Below are positions 54,718 to 63,164 of a stretch of DNA of 64,000 bases, in pieces (position 1 is the first letter of the stretch; the number at the start of each line of letters is the position of its first letter). The translations under genes and the position numbers were made by a program. A model generated the notes under the pieces. The model did no database searches. It was not told the origin of the DNA and saw only the letters and a list, made by a program, of their open reading frames with translations. The stretch lies in contig JAGXSG010000008.1 of assembly GCA_018333995.1 (NCBI GenBank), forward strand, positions 59,290-123,289. Reading direction: 5' to 3'. This DNA is from Clostridiales bacterium (GTDB taxonomy: Bacteria > Actinomycetota > Coriobacteriia > Anaerosomatales > SLCP01).

Positions 54718-54747
54718 TTGACATAATAGAGTAGAGCGCAATATACT
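54718..54747 (+). promoter_or_regulatory. near-consensus promoter TTGACA-18 nt-TATACT bracketed by a perfect 9-bp inverted repeat
   Basis: -35 at 54718-54723 and -10 at 54742-54747, in the most AT-rich stretch of the window. Inverted repeat arms GTTAGACAG 54696-54704 and CTGTCTAAC 54752-54760. Confidence 0.45.
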
Positions 54748-54764
54748 CCTACTGTCTAACCGAC

Positions 54765-55391
54765 ATGCAGGAGGTATTCGCCGTGTTGACCGAAGAGGAA
54801 CTTGTTAGAAGCGCCCGACAGCTGGAGACCGCGATCCAAGAGCACGCGTTCGAACTGCTGCGAGTCCAGGGGTCGTACGACCGAGCCCAAAGTCTGATTG
54901 TGGTGGCGAGCGATGTGAGCAGGATTGCCTCGCGATTGGATGAGCTTCTCCAAGAGGTGACTACTACCACGGCCACCAGCGGGACCTCATCTGAACCGAA
55001 GCGTCGAGCGAATGGTCGGAAGCCCGCCCTCGCCAAGTACCCTCGGTTCTTCGTCAGCTCTGACCGCGTTGTCAAGATTGGCAAAGGCAAGCAGAAGTCG
55101 GCCAAGGAGTACCGGCACGAGGCGACGAAGAGATCATTTGATCAGCTAGCTCGGTGGATCGAATCTCAATCGGTTGCCGGTCGTCGAGAATGGCTGGCTA
55201 AGGATGCAGACCTAGAGCTGAGTGAGCACGTTCCCGCCTATCAGACGTACCTGCTGATCGCGGCGCTGTCTTCCGCGGGAGTCCTTCGTCAAGTCAAGCG
55301 AGGCATGTACTCACTTGGTCCGAACACCGGAGGTCCCAAAGAGTGGTGGGACGTACTTGACTCACTGCCTCCGTTCGAGATGGAGGCGTAG
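54765..55391 (+). CDS. hypothetical protein: N-terminal coiled coil, Thr/Ser/basic linker, C-terminal wHTH-like region
   Basis: Start is ATG 54765, or GTG 54783 which lies 8 nt after AGGAGG. The C-terminus YLLIAALSSAGVLRQVKRGMYSL resembles a winged-helix recognition segment. No family recognised. Confidence 0.55.
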   Translation: MQEVFAVLTEEELVRSARQLETAIQEHAFELLRVQGSYDRAQSLIVVASDVSRIASRLDELLQEVTTTTATSGTSSEPKRRANGRKPALAKYPRFFVSSDRVVKIGKGKQKSAKEYRHEATKRSFDQLARWIESQSVAGRREWLAKDADLELSEHVPAYQTYLLIAALSSAGVLRQVKRGMYSLGPNTGGPKEWWDVLDSLPPFEMEA

Positions 55392-55397
55392 TCGCAG

Positions 55398-56021
55398 ATG
55401 GTCGCTCAGTCCTCGCTCTCCAACGTCGACGTGATCGTGTACGCGCTTGCTGACCTGGGCGGAACAGTGACTCAGGTGGCGCACGAGGCACTCGCGTACA
55501 GGGCGTTCGAACTTGCGCCAGATCGCTTCTCGTGGACCTTGCCCGAATACCGGCACCTGCCGGACAAAGACATTGCCCGCGTGGCGCTTGTAGACGCTTC
55601 GAGAGATAAGTGTGGCAGCTTGGTCATCGGCTCGGTAAAGGCTGGCTACTGGCGGCTCACGCCGGCTGGCGTGAAGTGGTTCGCAGTGCATGGCGACAAA
55701 GTGGCAGCCCGGTTAGGCCGTTCTGCACCATCGTCCAGTGGTCGTCCGAACGATGTGAAGCGGATCGTGTCGAGGACGAAAAAGCATTACGTGTTCAAGG
55801 AGTTTCAAGCAGGGCGGCTGGAAGAACTGCCCGCGGCGGCTTTCGCGGACATGCTTGGCTGCAGCCCGGATGCGTCTTCGAAGGTGATGAGAAGCAGACT
55901 TGACGCACTTGAGAGCGCGGCTGAAGCGTCGAACGAAATAGAACTCAAGGACATGGTTACGGCGCTTGTGGAGCGCTTCGCATCACTTCTGCATGGAGGA
56001 GGCTCTGATGAGGCCCGGTAA
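55398..56021 (+). CDS. hypothetical protein with an N-terminal Mrr_N-like winged-helix domain
   Basis: VDVIVYALADLGG...EALAYRAFELAPDRFSW...GYWRLTPAGVKW resembles the wHTH found at the N-terminus of restriction-system proteins. The C-terminal half is helical and unknown. Confidence 0.55.
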   Translation: MVAQSSLSNVDVIVYALADLGGTVTQVAHEALAYRAFELAPDRFSWTLPEYRHLPDKDIARVALVDASRDKCGSLVIGSVKAGYWRLTPAGVKWFAVHGDKVAARLGRSAPSSSGRPNDVKRIVSRTKKHYVFKEFQAGRLEELPAAAFADMLGCSPDASSKVMRSRLDALESAAEASNEIELKDMVTALVERFASLLHGGGSDEAR

Positions 56022-58317
56022 GGCGATGCCCGTTGAGTTAACGAAACGTCATGGACAGATTGTCGCTTCTGAGTCCATTCGCGATGTATTCGATGCGCTG
56101 CGTGAACTCGTAACGAACTCAGATGATAGCTACCACCGGATGGGTCACAAGGGCGGCCGGATAATCGTCGAGGTTAAGCGTCATCGAGGTAGCGTTCCCT
56201 CGGTCATCAGAATCCGTGACCGCGCTCAGGGTATGACGTTGGAAGAAATGAAAGCGAAGATCCGGCGCGTCGGCGACCGGACCAGCAGTTCAGGGGACCG
56301 GGGGTTCTTCGCCCGTGGAGCGCGTGACTGTGCAGCGTTGGGGGACATGACGTTTGAGTCGATTAAGGACGGGCGCTACCATAAAGCGCAGTTCACCAGG
56401 AACTGGGACTTCATTCCCTGGGAAGCCGATGGGCGCAAAGGTGGGTCTCCGCTTGCCACCAAAGAGGATCACGACCGCCTTGGCATAAAGGGACACGGCA
56501 CTGTGGTGACGATTGAAACCCAAATGAGGGTTCCCAGGTTTCGCACGTTCGAGGAGCGTCTCCCGCTCTTCTGGCCGCTCCGCGACATTCTCGATGAGAA
56601 CGGCCCGTCTGAGGTGCTCATTGCAGACGGGACCCAGCAAACACTCGCCCCGATTAAAGTGTGCTACCGGATGCCAGAGGCAGAGTTGGTGCTTGATGAG
56701 TCATACGCCGTTCCCGGATACGAGGGCGCGTCTGCACACCTCCGCATCTACAGGGCGCCTGATCCCCTCGTTGACGACGCGGACCGATTTCGCCGGTCAG
56801 GCATCATCGTCAAGGCGACTCGAGCAATCCATGAATGTTCCTTCCTGCTGGCCCGAGAGTTGGAGAGCGAACCGCTTGCGCGCCGGTACTTCGGGCGTCT
56901 TGAGTGCGAGTTCATTGACACCATATGCGAGGAATGGGATGCAGCACGTGAAGCCGGGGAATCACACACCGCGAAAAATCCCGAGTTCCTAGTCGATCCG
57001 CAGAGGCAGCGTGGGCTCTCCAGAACTCATCCGTTCACGGCGGCGTTGTATGAGTATCCGACGAGCAAGGTGCGAGAACTCGTGGCCGAAGACCGGCGTT
57101 CGGTGACCCAGGATGCGGGCAGCATCGGCAGCGAGGCACTTCAGAAGAGGCTGAGGGATCTTGCCAAGCTCGCCGAGCGATTCCTGCAAGATGAGGGTGA
57201 GGCCGAGGACCTAATCACAGACGATGAAGAAGTGCAGGACGATCTGTTCCAGTCCGGCGTTCTCCTCGTTCCGACCTATGCCAAGATCCGAGAGGGGAGA
57301 GAGCGAAACCTGACCCTCTACGTGTCGACCAAGCTAGCGGTCACGAGTGAGACTGAGTTTGCTGTGACCGCGGATAGCGGCTCCGTAACCGTTGTCGATT
57401 CGGTTGTTTATCTCCGGCCTCACAAGAAGCGCCGGGACGTCATGCTCGGCACCATTGTTTTGCGAGGGGAGTCTACCGAGGAAGGCATTCTGGTCAGCGC
57501 GTCCGCGGTGGGATTGCCCAGTGCCGAAGCTCTGGTTAGCATCGTCCCTGATGCTATAGAGGATCGGAACTTCATCGAGAAGCTTGAGTTCGAACACAAA
57601 AACTACAAGGTGCGAGAGGGCCGTAAGAAGACGCTGAGGATATTCGCTCAATACCCGGATCTTGTCACTGGGGAAACACCAATCCGTGTAATCTCAAGCT
57701 CGCCGCAGGATGTCGTCGTTCGCGGTCACGCCACCCTTGTGCCAGTTGATGGAACAAACTTCGCGGCAGCGGAGATTGTCATTGAGGCTCGCCGTCAGCT
57801 CGCTGCGCCGGTGACCATCACGGCCTCCGCGAACGACGCGTCATGCGTCGCGCAAGTGAGGGTGGTCCAGGACGAGCGACAAGGTGTGCCGCTGAGGATT
57901 GACATAGTCGACAAACCACTGTGGGGCTTCAGGGCTCAGTGGTCCGATGCCGAGGGCAGACCCAATGTGCTGCAGGTGTCCGCACAGCATCCTTCGGTGA
58001 GGCGCTATCTCGGCGCAGCCCCGGAATACGCCGGTCAAGATTCGTCCCTTTGTCGACTGCTGCTTGCCGAAATCGTCAGCGAAGCAATCTGCAGACGGAC
58101 TCTTACCTATCAGGCTAGGAATCGCTCCTGGGAGTTCGACTGGGCGCGGATGCAAGACAATGAGGAAATTGTCGACAACGTAATGGTTCATTTCAACCGA
58201 CTCACTCAGTCATTCCTGCCAATGGCCCACAAGGCGATGCTTGGCGACAGTGAGGTTCGCAAATTCGTCGAGTCAACAGAGGCTACTCACAGGCAAGAGG
58301 ACGGACAGCTCTTCTGA
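56008..58317 (+). CDS. GHKL-superfamily ATPase (HATPase_c_3 / MORC-paraMORC-like), 769 aa with a large uncharacterised C-terminal region
   Basis: Bergerat-fold motifs: N-box LRELVTNSDDS, G1 IRDRAQGMT, G2-like GDRGFFARGARD. ATG 56008 is 5 nt after GGAGGAGG and overlaps the previous gene by 14 nt. The C-terminal ~500 aa has beta-rich repeat-like segments. Confidence 0.72.
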   Translation: MRPGKAMPVELTKRHGQIVASESIRDVFDALRELVTNSDDSYHRMGHKGGRIIVEVKRHRGSVPSVIRIRDRAQGMTLEEMKAKIRRVGDRTSSSGDRGFFARGARDCAALGDMTFESIKDGRYHKAQFTRNWDFIPWEADGRKGGSPLATKEDHDRLGIKGHGTVVTIETQMRVPRFRTFEERLPLFWPLRDILDENGPSEVLIADGTQQTLAPIKVCYRMPEAELVLDESYAVPGYEGASAHLRIYRAPDPLVDDADRFRRSGIIVKATRAIHECSFLLARELESEPLARRYFGRLECEFIDTICEEWDAAREAGESHTAKNPEFLVDPQRQRGLSRTHPFTAALYEYPTSKVRELVAEDRRSVTQDAGSIGSEALQKRLRDLAKLAERFLQDEGEAEDLITDDEEVQDDLFQSGVLLVPTYAKIREGRERNLTLYVSTKLAVTSETEFAVTADSGSVTVVDSVVYLRPHKKRRDVMLGTIVLRGESTEEGILVSASAVGLPSAEALVSIVPDAIEDRNFIEKLEFEHKNYKVREGRKKTLRIFAQYPDLVTGETPIRVISSSPQDVVVRGHATLVPVDGTNFAAAEIVIEARRQLAAPVTITASANDASCVAQVRVVQDERQGVPLRIDIVDKPLWGFRAQWSDAEGRPNVLQVSAQHPSVRRYLGAAPEYAGQDSSLCRLLLAEIVSEAICRRTLTYQARNRSWEFDWARMQDNEEIVDNVMVHFNRLTQSFLPMAHKAMLGDSEVRKFVESTEATHRQEDGQLF

Positions 58318-58504
58318 GACGTGATATATCGGGCTCGTATCGGCTTCATTCGAGTGTTGTGTTTAACCCGAACGTCGAAGTCCTCTTAGCGGTCATAGGG
58401 CTGGTCAACATCCTCAACACCTTGACGGTGCATCCGAGATTGACTGAGCAGGAGCGGTCAAGATGAGGCAAAAGTCCGTCGCGATGCGCCCTATGTGTCG
58501 CTGG

Positions 58505-59284
58505 TTATCCGTTCAGCCAGATCTCGTAGTCTGCGGCATCGCTAGGCAGGTACAGCTTCCATGTTGCGACCCACCGCCCAGTCTCGCTCTTGCCCGTGAA
58601 GTAGTACGGGCCGGGACCAAGCATGTCACGCATCACTACAAGGTCGTCTTCTGCGACGTACCAGTCTCTTGCCCGCTGCTCCAGCACCAACCCGACTCGG
58701 GCGACTGCGGTTGACGTTCCCAGTGCTCTGAGATACTCGATGACGTTCGATGAGTCCACGAATGGCAGCGATGCGAGACTGCGGAAGACTTCTTCCGGGC
58801 CGCCGCACAAGTCGGAGCGATTGACCGCGTCGACTAGCGTTCGTTCTCGGGACGACACCCGCACTACTCCTCCGGGCCGCCGAAGCAGTGTCGTGAAGCG
58901 GACGTCACCCTCGGGCTTCAACGGGCTTGGCAGGTCGTAGCGTTCGTAGGAGAAGCCGCGGTAGGCGAATCGCCTGACCCTTCTGGTGGTAGTGAACTGA
59001 ACCCTACGCCATGGGGAGTGGGCGAGACCGTGTGCCTCTAAGGCAGAGTGATAGACGAGTGTGGTGTCGGGAGCCAATTTCGTCGCAACCACGAATGGGT
59101 CCGGTTCGACCGAAGCGTACTGACCTGCCCGAGAGACGTACACGCCTCGCACGACACGGTCGACGAGTCCTCTCCGAGTGGCTCGCATCAGGAGGTTGTA
59201 GTGTGTCTGACTCTCGCCTAGCTCGCTGCGGAACTCGTCGAGTGAGAACACGGGATGCACTTCTAAGTAGGACTGAACACCCAT
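58505..59284 (-). CDS. AbiEi-like antitoxin/transcriptional regulator (orphan; no AbiEii gene downstream)
   Basis: N-terminal wHTH pattern FSLDEFRSELGESQTHYNLLMRATRRGLVDRVVRGVYVS, typical of AbiEi_4-type proteins. ATG 59284 follows AAGGAGA. Only 187 bp of non-coding DNA follows the stop. Confidence 0.42.
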   Translation of the reverse strand: MGVQSYLEVHPVFSLDEFRSELGESQTHYNLLMRATRRGLVDRVVRGVYVSRAGQYASVEPDPFVVATKLAPDTTLVYHSALEAHGLAHSPWRRVQFTTTRRVRRFAYRGFSYERYDLPSPLKPEGDVRFTTLLRRPGGVVRVSSRERTLVDAVNRSDLCGGPEEVFRSLASLPFVDSSNVIEYLRALGTSTAVARVGLVLEQRARDWYVAEDDLVVMRDMLGPGPYYFTGKSETGRWVATWKLYLPSDAADYEIWLNG

Positions 59285-59441
59285 AATTGGTCTCCTTGAC
59301 GAGATACTATCACTGAAAGTGACACTTTTGAGTCGAAATTCCCAATACAGACGACCTAGACCCTGCAAGAACTCCCAAGTTAGCGCAAAATCAGCGTATC
59401 AATCACCAACGCCGCCGATTCCACAAGGAGCCTGACGCAGG

Positions 59442-61559
59442 TCAGAACCGGCTCCCCGGCGGCAGCGTGAGAATGAACGTCGTGCCGACTCCGACTTCGC
59501 TCTCAACCCGCACCTCGCCGCCGATCAGCGTCGCGAATTGTCGGCACAGCGGAAGTCCGAGCCCGGTCCCTCTCGACTTCGCGACACCAGGCTGCTGCAA
59601 CTGGACGAAAGGCTCGAAGATACGCTCGAGCTCCTCGGAGGGAATTCCTGGTCCCGTATCAGCGACCGAGTACGTCACTGAGCCGTCACCGGAGTCTTCA
59701 AGCGTGAGTGTCACTGCGCCGCTATCGGTGAAACTGATCGCGTTGCCGGTCAGGTTGAAAAGGATCTGCCGGACCTTCATCGCGTCTGAGATGATTTCAC
59801 TCCCGGAGTACGTGCACGCCACATTGAGTGCCAAGTGCTTCGTTTCGGCGAGCGGCCGCATGTTCTCAGCGATCTCGTACAGGAGTGCCGCGGGGTCGAA
59901 CGGTGCGCGCGTGATCTCGGTCGCTCCGATCTCCACCTTGGCCACGTCGAGGATGTCGTTGATGAGCGTCAAGAGTTGCTTGCCTGAGCGGTTGATCATC
60001 GCCGCCTGGCGGTGTTGCTCCTCGTTGAGGTTCCCGGCGAGCCCTTGAACCAGGATGCCGGAGAATCCGATGATCGAGTTCATCGGCGTGCGGAGCTCGT
60101 GACTCATGTTCGCCAGAAAGCGGGTCTTGGCGGTGTTTGCTTCCTCTAGGAGCCGGTTTGTCTCACGTAGCTCGCGCGTGCGCTCCTCCACGATCTCTTC
60201 AAGGCGGTCTCGATGGCGAGCCAGCTCGATTTCTGCGGTTTTTCGTGCCGTGATGTCGATAAGGACGCCCTGGAGCGAGTTGACCGTACCGTCGGTACCA
60301 CGGACAGGCCAACTCTGATCTGCGACCCAGCGGGTCTCACCTTCCGGCGTAAGGATGCGGTACTCGAGTTCGATGTTGATGGCATCCGCATCAAGGTACG
60401 CCGCGATCTCCCGAGTGACACGTTCGACGTCGTCAGGATGGATGAGCCGACTGTGAAGGAATTTCTCTCGCATGAGCGTCGCCGCGTCGTAGCCAAACCG
60501 GGTGACACCGCGGGACACGAACTCGAGCGGCCAACCCTCGCTGTTTCCCCACGTGAACGCTACCGCTGGGCTGCGGGCGAGGATCTCGTCGAGGTCGACG
60601 ATCCGCCGTTCGGCCAGGCGCCGCTCAGTGACATCGGTCATGATAGAGAGGGCCCACGTTTCGCCGCTCAGGACGACCGGTTTCGTCGCGAACCCGACCA
60701 CGCGTTCGGTACCGTCCTTGCGGACTATGGGAAACTCGACGTAGGGCAGATCGCCGTTGAGCGCCTCGGTTGTGAGGCGCACCGCCTCCGCTCGGCGCAC
60801 CGCATCAGGGTAGACGAGGTTGAACCATCCGTGCTCACGCACTTCGGCAAGCGTGTAGCCGCTGATTGCCTCCATCGCATCGTTATAGACGGCTACGGTG
60901 CCATCTTGCTTGGCGAGCGATATGCCTTGTTCGGTCTGCTCGATGATCGCACGGAACCTGGCTTCGCTGTCTCTAAGCGTCCGGTCGCGCTCGATACGCT
61001 CCTCTTGGTCAAGCATCAATCTCGCGATCAGGACGAAGCCGATGGGATAAAGAATGAGCACAGGTGCGGCGATGGCTGCGCGGATATCAGGTCCAATATC
61101 GCGCGGCAGGGTGACCGTCAACGCGAGCATGACAAGGTGCACCAACATGCCGAAGAGCCACAACGGGAGCGGACGATTGAGCCACGGGTATCGCCGCCGT
61201 AGATAGTACAGCGCTACGCCGAGCGCGGCTGACGTCACGATGACAAGAACGCCCATCGTCACGCCAGCGCTACCGAGCCACACACGGTACGCAATCGCCA
61301 TTGCGGCGGCGAGGATGCCGGTGACGGGGCCTCCAAAAAATCCCGCGACCGCTAGCACGATCGAGCGACCGTCGAAGACGACACCCGGAGCCACCGTGAC
61401 AGCGGTCATCATGCCGGCGATCGCTACTGAGCCGTAGAGAAGTCCCGAAAACACGTGGTGTCCGATGGTGTGCCGTTCCCACTGCCGCAGGATTAGCTGG
61501 TGCACCACGCTTAAGGTTATGAGCAACGCGATATTGTGGATCAAGCCGAGAACGACCAC
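59442..61559 (-). CDS. sensor histidine kinase: 5TMR-LYT-type membrane sensor, two PAS domains, HisKA, HATPase_c
   Basis: N-terminal ~190 aa with 5-6 TM helices and the FDGRSIVLAVAGFFGGPVTG motif of LytS/YhcK-type sensors. H-box SHELRTPMNSI, G1 DTGPGIP, G2 GTGLGL. No response regulator adjacent. Confidence 0.88.
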   Translation of the reverse strand: MVVLGLIHNIALLITLSVVHQLILRQWERHTIGHHVFSGLLYGSVAIAGMMTAVTVAPGVVFDGRSIVLAVAGFFGGPVTGILAAAMAIAYRVWLGSAGVTMGVLVIVTSAALGVALYYLRRRYPWLNRPLPLWLFGMLVHLVMLALTVTLPRDIGPDIRAAIAAPVLILYPIGFVLIARLMLDQEERIERDRTLRDSEARFRAIIEQTEQGISLAKQDGTVAVYNDAMEAISGYTLAEVREHGWFNLVYPDAVRRAEAVRLTTEALNGDLPYVEFPIVRKDGTERVVGFATKPVVLSGETWALSIMTDVTERRLAERRIVDLDEILARSPAVAFTWGNSEGWPLEFVSRGVTRFGYDAATLMREKFLHSRLIHPDDVERVTREIAAYLDADAINIELEYRILTPEGETRWVADQSWPVRGTDGTVNSLQGVLIDITARKTAEIELARHRDRLEEIVEERTRELRETNRLLEEANTAKTRFLANMSHELRTPMNSIIGFSGILVQGLAGNLNEEQHRQAAMINRSGKQLLTLINDILDVAKVEIGATEITRAPFDPAALLYEIAENMRPLAETKHLALNVACTYSGSEIISDAMKVRQILFNLTGNAISFTDSGAVTLTLEDSGDGSVTYSVADTGPGIPSEELERIFEPFVQLQQPGVAKSRGTGLGLPLCRQFATLIGGEVRVESEVGVGTTFILTLPPGSRF

Positions 61560-61634
61560 GTCACGCCCCCTTACCTTCGATCAAGGATAGGTGAACGCTG
61601 CGTGAATGTCAGTACGTGCCAGAGTGCTTGGAAG

Positions 61635-63080
61635 CTACGCGCGCGAATGCAGCGCGCGATAGATCTCGACCATCGCGAGTGTATCGTGGCGGCAGTAGTC
61701 GAGCAGGTCACGCCGGATCTGCTCGGCGCGTTGCGGTGGCGTGCCCGCCGCGAGCATCTCGGCCGTCGCGGCCATCGCTTGCTCGCCGTCGCTCACCACG
61801 AGCGCGTCGTACGGCGGAAGGTCGGGGGCGAGCACCTGGATTGCTCGCTTGATCGACCATCCGCGCGGACCGAGAATCGGGTGTGAGCAACCGTCTCGGA
61901 CTACGCGCGTGCCGAGGTCGAAGGCCACTAAGCCCCCGCCGCGCGGAGACCTGAGGCTGGCGTACGAGACGCCCGCATCGGCGAGCTTTCGGGTCAGTGC
62001 GTCGAAAAACCCGGGAATCCGTTCGATCAGCGGTTGGCGCCACTCCGGATACCGTAGCGCGATGTCGACAAGCGCGGTGCGCTCGAACGTCGAGTAGTGC
62101 ACGAACGTGCCCGAGGCGCCGAGGGTCTCGAAGAGGGAGTGCATGAACTCGAGCGCCGGGTCGTGCCGCGCGTGGTCGACGAGGTACTGGGCGTGGGTGA
62201 GCGTGCCGTCCTGATCGAGTGAGTGCACCGACCACTGCACCTTCACCGTCTGGAACGGGCTCGTTCCTGGGAACAGCGGAAGCGCGGGATTGACAGTCTC
62301 GAAGTCGACGAAGTACAGCGGGAATGGAAGCTCTGAGAGGCGGCTGAGGACGGTCGGCTCCGTGACGAGCTTTCCGTCGACAGCGACTGGGACCTCGCCG
62401 CGTGCACACCACTCGGCGAACTCGCACGGGTACGGACGGTCGCACGAGACCCCAGCAGGACGGTCGGGGACATCGGGCAGCGCGAGCACCGCCATCATCC
62501 GTGCGAGGTTGAGCGGTACCTCGCGCACGTACTCGAACGCATCCTGGGTGACATCCGTCGCGGCAAGGACGGAGTAGGGGTCGTACGCGCCACCTGGATA
62601 CACGTAGGCGCGATCAAGGTGCATGAGTGAGACACGCCGCACATCGATCCCGCTGCCGAGCAAGACGTGCAGCTGCACCCCTACGTCGGGCAGGTGTTTT
62701 TCACGCCGGTAGCCGACGGTCGACTTGACCTCGATGAGCTCCCACCCGCCCTCGGGCAGCCGCCGCAGGACGTCAACGCGAACCTTCACGTTGTCGTGAG
62801 TGAATGCGGCCTCGAAGAGTGTCGCGGCCCCTTGGCCGATCAGGCCGCGAGTCCGAGTGACGGCGTCGCTGTGCTCGAGAGGCCCTTCTTCGATCAGAAT
62901 GCCGTCAGGGTAGCGGGCTTGCGCGAGATCCCCCACACGGTGTCCCACGTCGAATCGCATCTGCTGTGCCGTGTCTGGCGGAGTGGCAAGCTCGTAGCGG
63001 TGGACCGACAGGTAGAGTGCGCGTGGACAGCGCAACCCCTTCACGTATCGCGATTTTGAGAGGCGGTCGGTCAGATTCAT
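61635..63080 (-). CDS. DUF2779-like protein (Cas4/RecB-type PD-(D/E)XK nuclease-like N-terminus with a Cys cluster)
   Basis: N-terminus LSKSRYVKGLRCPRALYL plus CDRPYPCEFAEWC, a pattern like the iron-sulfur 'staple' of Cas4/AddB nucleases. IEVKS candidate ExK motif. Confidence 0.6.
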   Translation of the reverse strand: MNLTDRLSKSRYVKGLRCPRALYLSVHRYELATPPDTAQQMRFDVGHRVGDLAQARYPDGILIEEGPLEHSDAVTRTRGLIGQGAATLFEAAFTHDNVKVRVDVLRRLPEGGWELIEVKSTVGYRREKHLPDVGVQLHVLLGSGIDVRRVSLMHLDRAYVYPGGAYDPYSVLAATDVTQDAFEYVREVPLNLARMMAVLALPDVPDRPAGVSCDRPYPCEFAEWCARGEVPVAVDGKLVTEPTVLSRLSELPFPLYFVDFETVNPALPLFPGTSPFQTVKVQWSVHSLDQDGTLTHAQYLVDHARHDPALEFMHSLFETLGASGTFVHYSTFERTALVDIALRYPEWRQPLIERIPGFFDALTRKLADAGVSYASLRSPRGGGLVAFDLGTRVVRDGCSHPILGPRGWSIKRAIQVLAPDLPPYDALVVSDGEQAMAATAEMLAAGTPPQRAEQIRRDLLDYCRHDTLAMVEIYRALHSRA

Positions 63081-63164
63081 GGGTGCACCTTCGCTCGCCC
63101 GACTTCGTCAGTTCAATGTATCTGAAGGTTAGCGCACCGCTCTGACACGCGTCTGTCCGCGCTC

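Larger units (their letters stand above)
52172..59284. other. putative accessory (defence) island downstream of tRNA-fMet; lower G+C to ~58.4 kb
   Basis: My hand counts: 27/60 G+C at 53401-53460, 26/60 at 54721-54780 and 27/60 at 57541-57600. Core comparisons are 42/60 at 40441-40500 and 41/60 at 60001-60060. Content is R-M, GHKL ATPase, unknowns and an AbiEi-like gene (itself 39/60 at 58801-58860). No integrase or att repeat found. Confidence 0.5.

Noticed and set aside
52128-59441. Integrase, transposase or att direct repeats delimiting the island
   Set aside because: I searched by eye the intergenic stretches 52128-52311, 58318-58504 and 59285-59441 for the tRNA 3' sequence (TCGAATCCTGTCCCCGCTACCA). 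I found none, and no ORF has recombinase motifs. The only small repeat seen is TCATGTCAGAC at about 52172 and 52257, too short to interpret.
60213-62445. 329-aa plus-strand ORF opposite the histidine kinase, and a 245-aa alternative frame in the DUF2779 gene
   Set aside because: Both overlap genes with clear motifs. Their translations are Arg/Asp/Pro-rich with no domains. Shadow ORFs.
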